A stretch of DNA of 24,179 nucleotides from Candidatus Woesearchaeota archaeon (lineage in GTDB: Archaea > Nanobdellota > Nanobdellia > Pacearchaeales > GW2011-AR1): the NCBI GenBank assembly GCA_964423375.1, contig CAYREP010000002.1, forward strand, positions 1 through 24,179, written 5' to 3'. The translations under genes and the position numbers were made by a program. The notes under the pieces were generated by a model. It worked only from the letters and a program-made list of their open reading frames with translations. It was not told where the DNA came from and searched no databases. Positions 23,739 to 24,179 of the stretch are shown piece by piece. Position 1 is the stretch's first letter; the number at the start of each line of letters is the position of its first letter.

Positions 23739-24179
23739 ATGATAAGAATAAATGAAAAAGTTCCGGATTTCAGCGCGAAGGCGTTGCATGAAAACCGGAT
23801 AAAGACCGTGAAGAATTCAGATTATTCCGGAAAATGGCTTGTTGTATTTTTTTATCCAGGAGATTTCACTTTTGTTTGCCCTACCGAATTGGAGGAACTT
23901 GCCGAAAATTATGAATCTTTCAAAGAAATGAACGCTGAGATTTTGAGCGTTTCCACGGATTCAGAGTTTGTGCACAAAGCGTGGCACGACCACTCTCCGG
24001 CAATAAAAAAAGTTCAGTTTCCTATGGCGGCAGATCCGACGGGAAGATTGTCGAGATTATTCGGAACTTACATAAAAGGAGAAGGTGTTTCGCTGAGGGG
24101 GACTTTTATAATAGATCCGGATGGAGTTTTGAAAACCATTGAGATTCACGACAATTCTATCGGACGCAGCGCAAAAGAA
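23739..24179 (+). CDS. Typical 2-Cys peroxiredoxin (AhpC/Prx1 family), 3'-truncated by the window end
   Basis: My own translation from ATG 23739: MIRINEKVPDFSAKAL...KWLVVFFYPGDFTFVCPTELEELA...GTFIIDPDGVL. The frame is open to the end of the window (147 codons), so it is absent from the ORF track. Confidence 0.88.
   Translation, partial: MIRINEKVPDFSAKALHENRIKTVKNSDYSGKWLVVFFYPGDFTFVCPTELEELAENYESFKEMNAEILSVSTDSEFVHKAWHDHSPAIKKVQFPMAADPTGRLSRLFGTYIKGEGVSLRGTFIIDPDGVLKTIEIHDNSIGRSAKE

Noticed and set aside
1-24179. Search for CRISPR arrays, transposases/integrases, toxin-antitoxin pairs or known defence-system genes
   Set aside because: No regularly spaced direct repeats, no recombinase, nuclease or helicase-like translations, and no terminal inverted repeats were seen. 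The window reads as core and accessory metabolism, not a mobile or defence island.

Overview
The window looks like a chromosomal segment of a moderately AT-rich, small-genome archaeon. The DPANN-like assignment is my inference. It rests on three things: a class II tRNA with a long intron in the anticodon loop, A/T-rich TATA-like boxes about 22-30 nt upstream of many first-gene start codons (leaderless-style), and a COG3432-like winged-helix protein. I saw no integrase, transposase, CRISPR array, rRNA or obvious defence genes. Coding density is high, with 31 supported CDS (one hypothetical and weakly supported) and 1 tRNA. The content falls into five blocks. (1) A minus-strand Fe-S assembly operon, sufB / SufU-like / sufC / FNR-type flavoreductase, sits divergent from a Cys-rich HTH regulator (17-3735). 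(2) An amino-sugar and glycan cluster spans 4253-11954: NagB, a PIG-L deacetylase coupled to a GT4, GH130, a GDE-like (alpha/alpha)6 glycosidase, an HD hydrolase, and a 733-aa GT4 fused to a non-GT helical domain. (3) A shikimate-kinase-like gene and an SOD are followed by a 7TM-plus-wHTH operon. That operon is divergent from a MacB-type ABC system with two different FtsX permeases and a convergent surface protein (12128-18597). (4) An intron-containing tRNA-Ser has an odd structured leader. It is followed by a 232-aa barrel-only pyruvate kinase coupled to an MFS transporter (18672-20821). (5) A thiol/oxidative-stress island holds a Grx-like protein, TrxR, a nitroreductase, HxlR, a 2Fe-2S ferredoxin and a peroxiredoxin (21217-24179). 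The items I think most deserve follow-up are the minimal pyruvate kinase, the tRNA leader that begins with a near copy of the tRNA 5' end, the suf-linked flavoreductase with its Cys-rich regulator and operator-like palindromes, and the cytosolic glycan module with the GT4 fusion protein. All functional calls come from motif recognition by eye; no database search was run.
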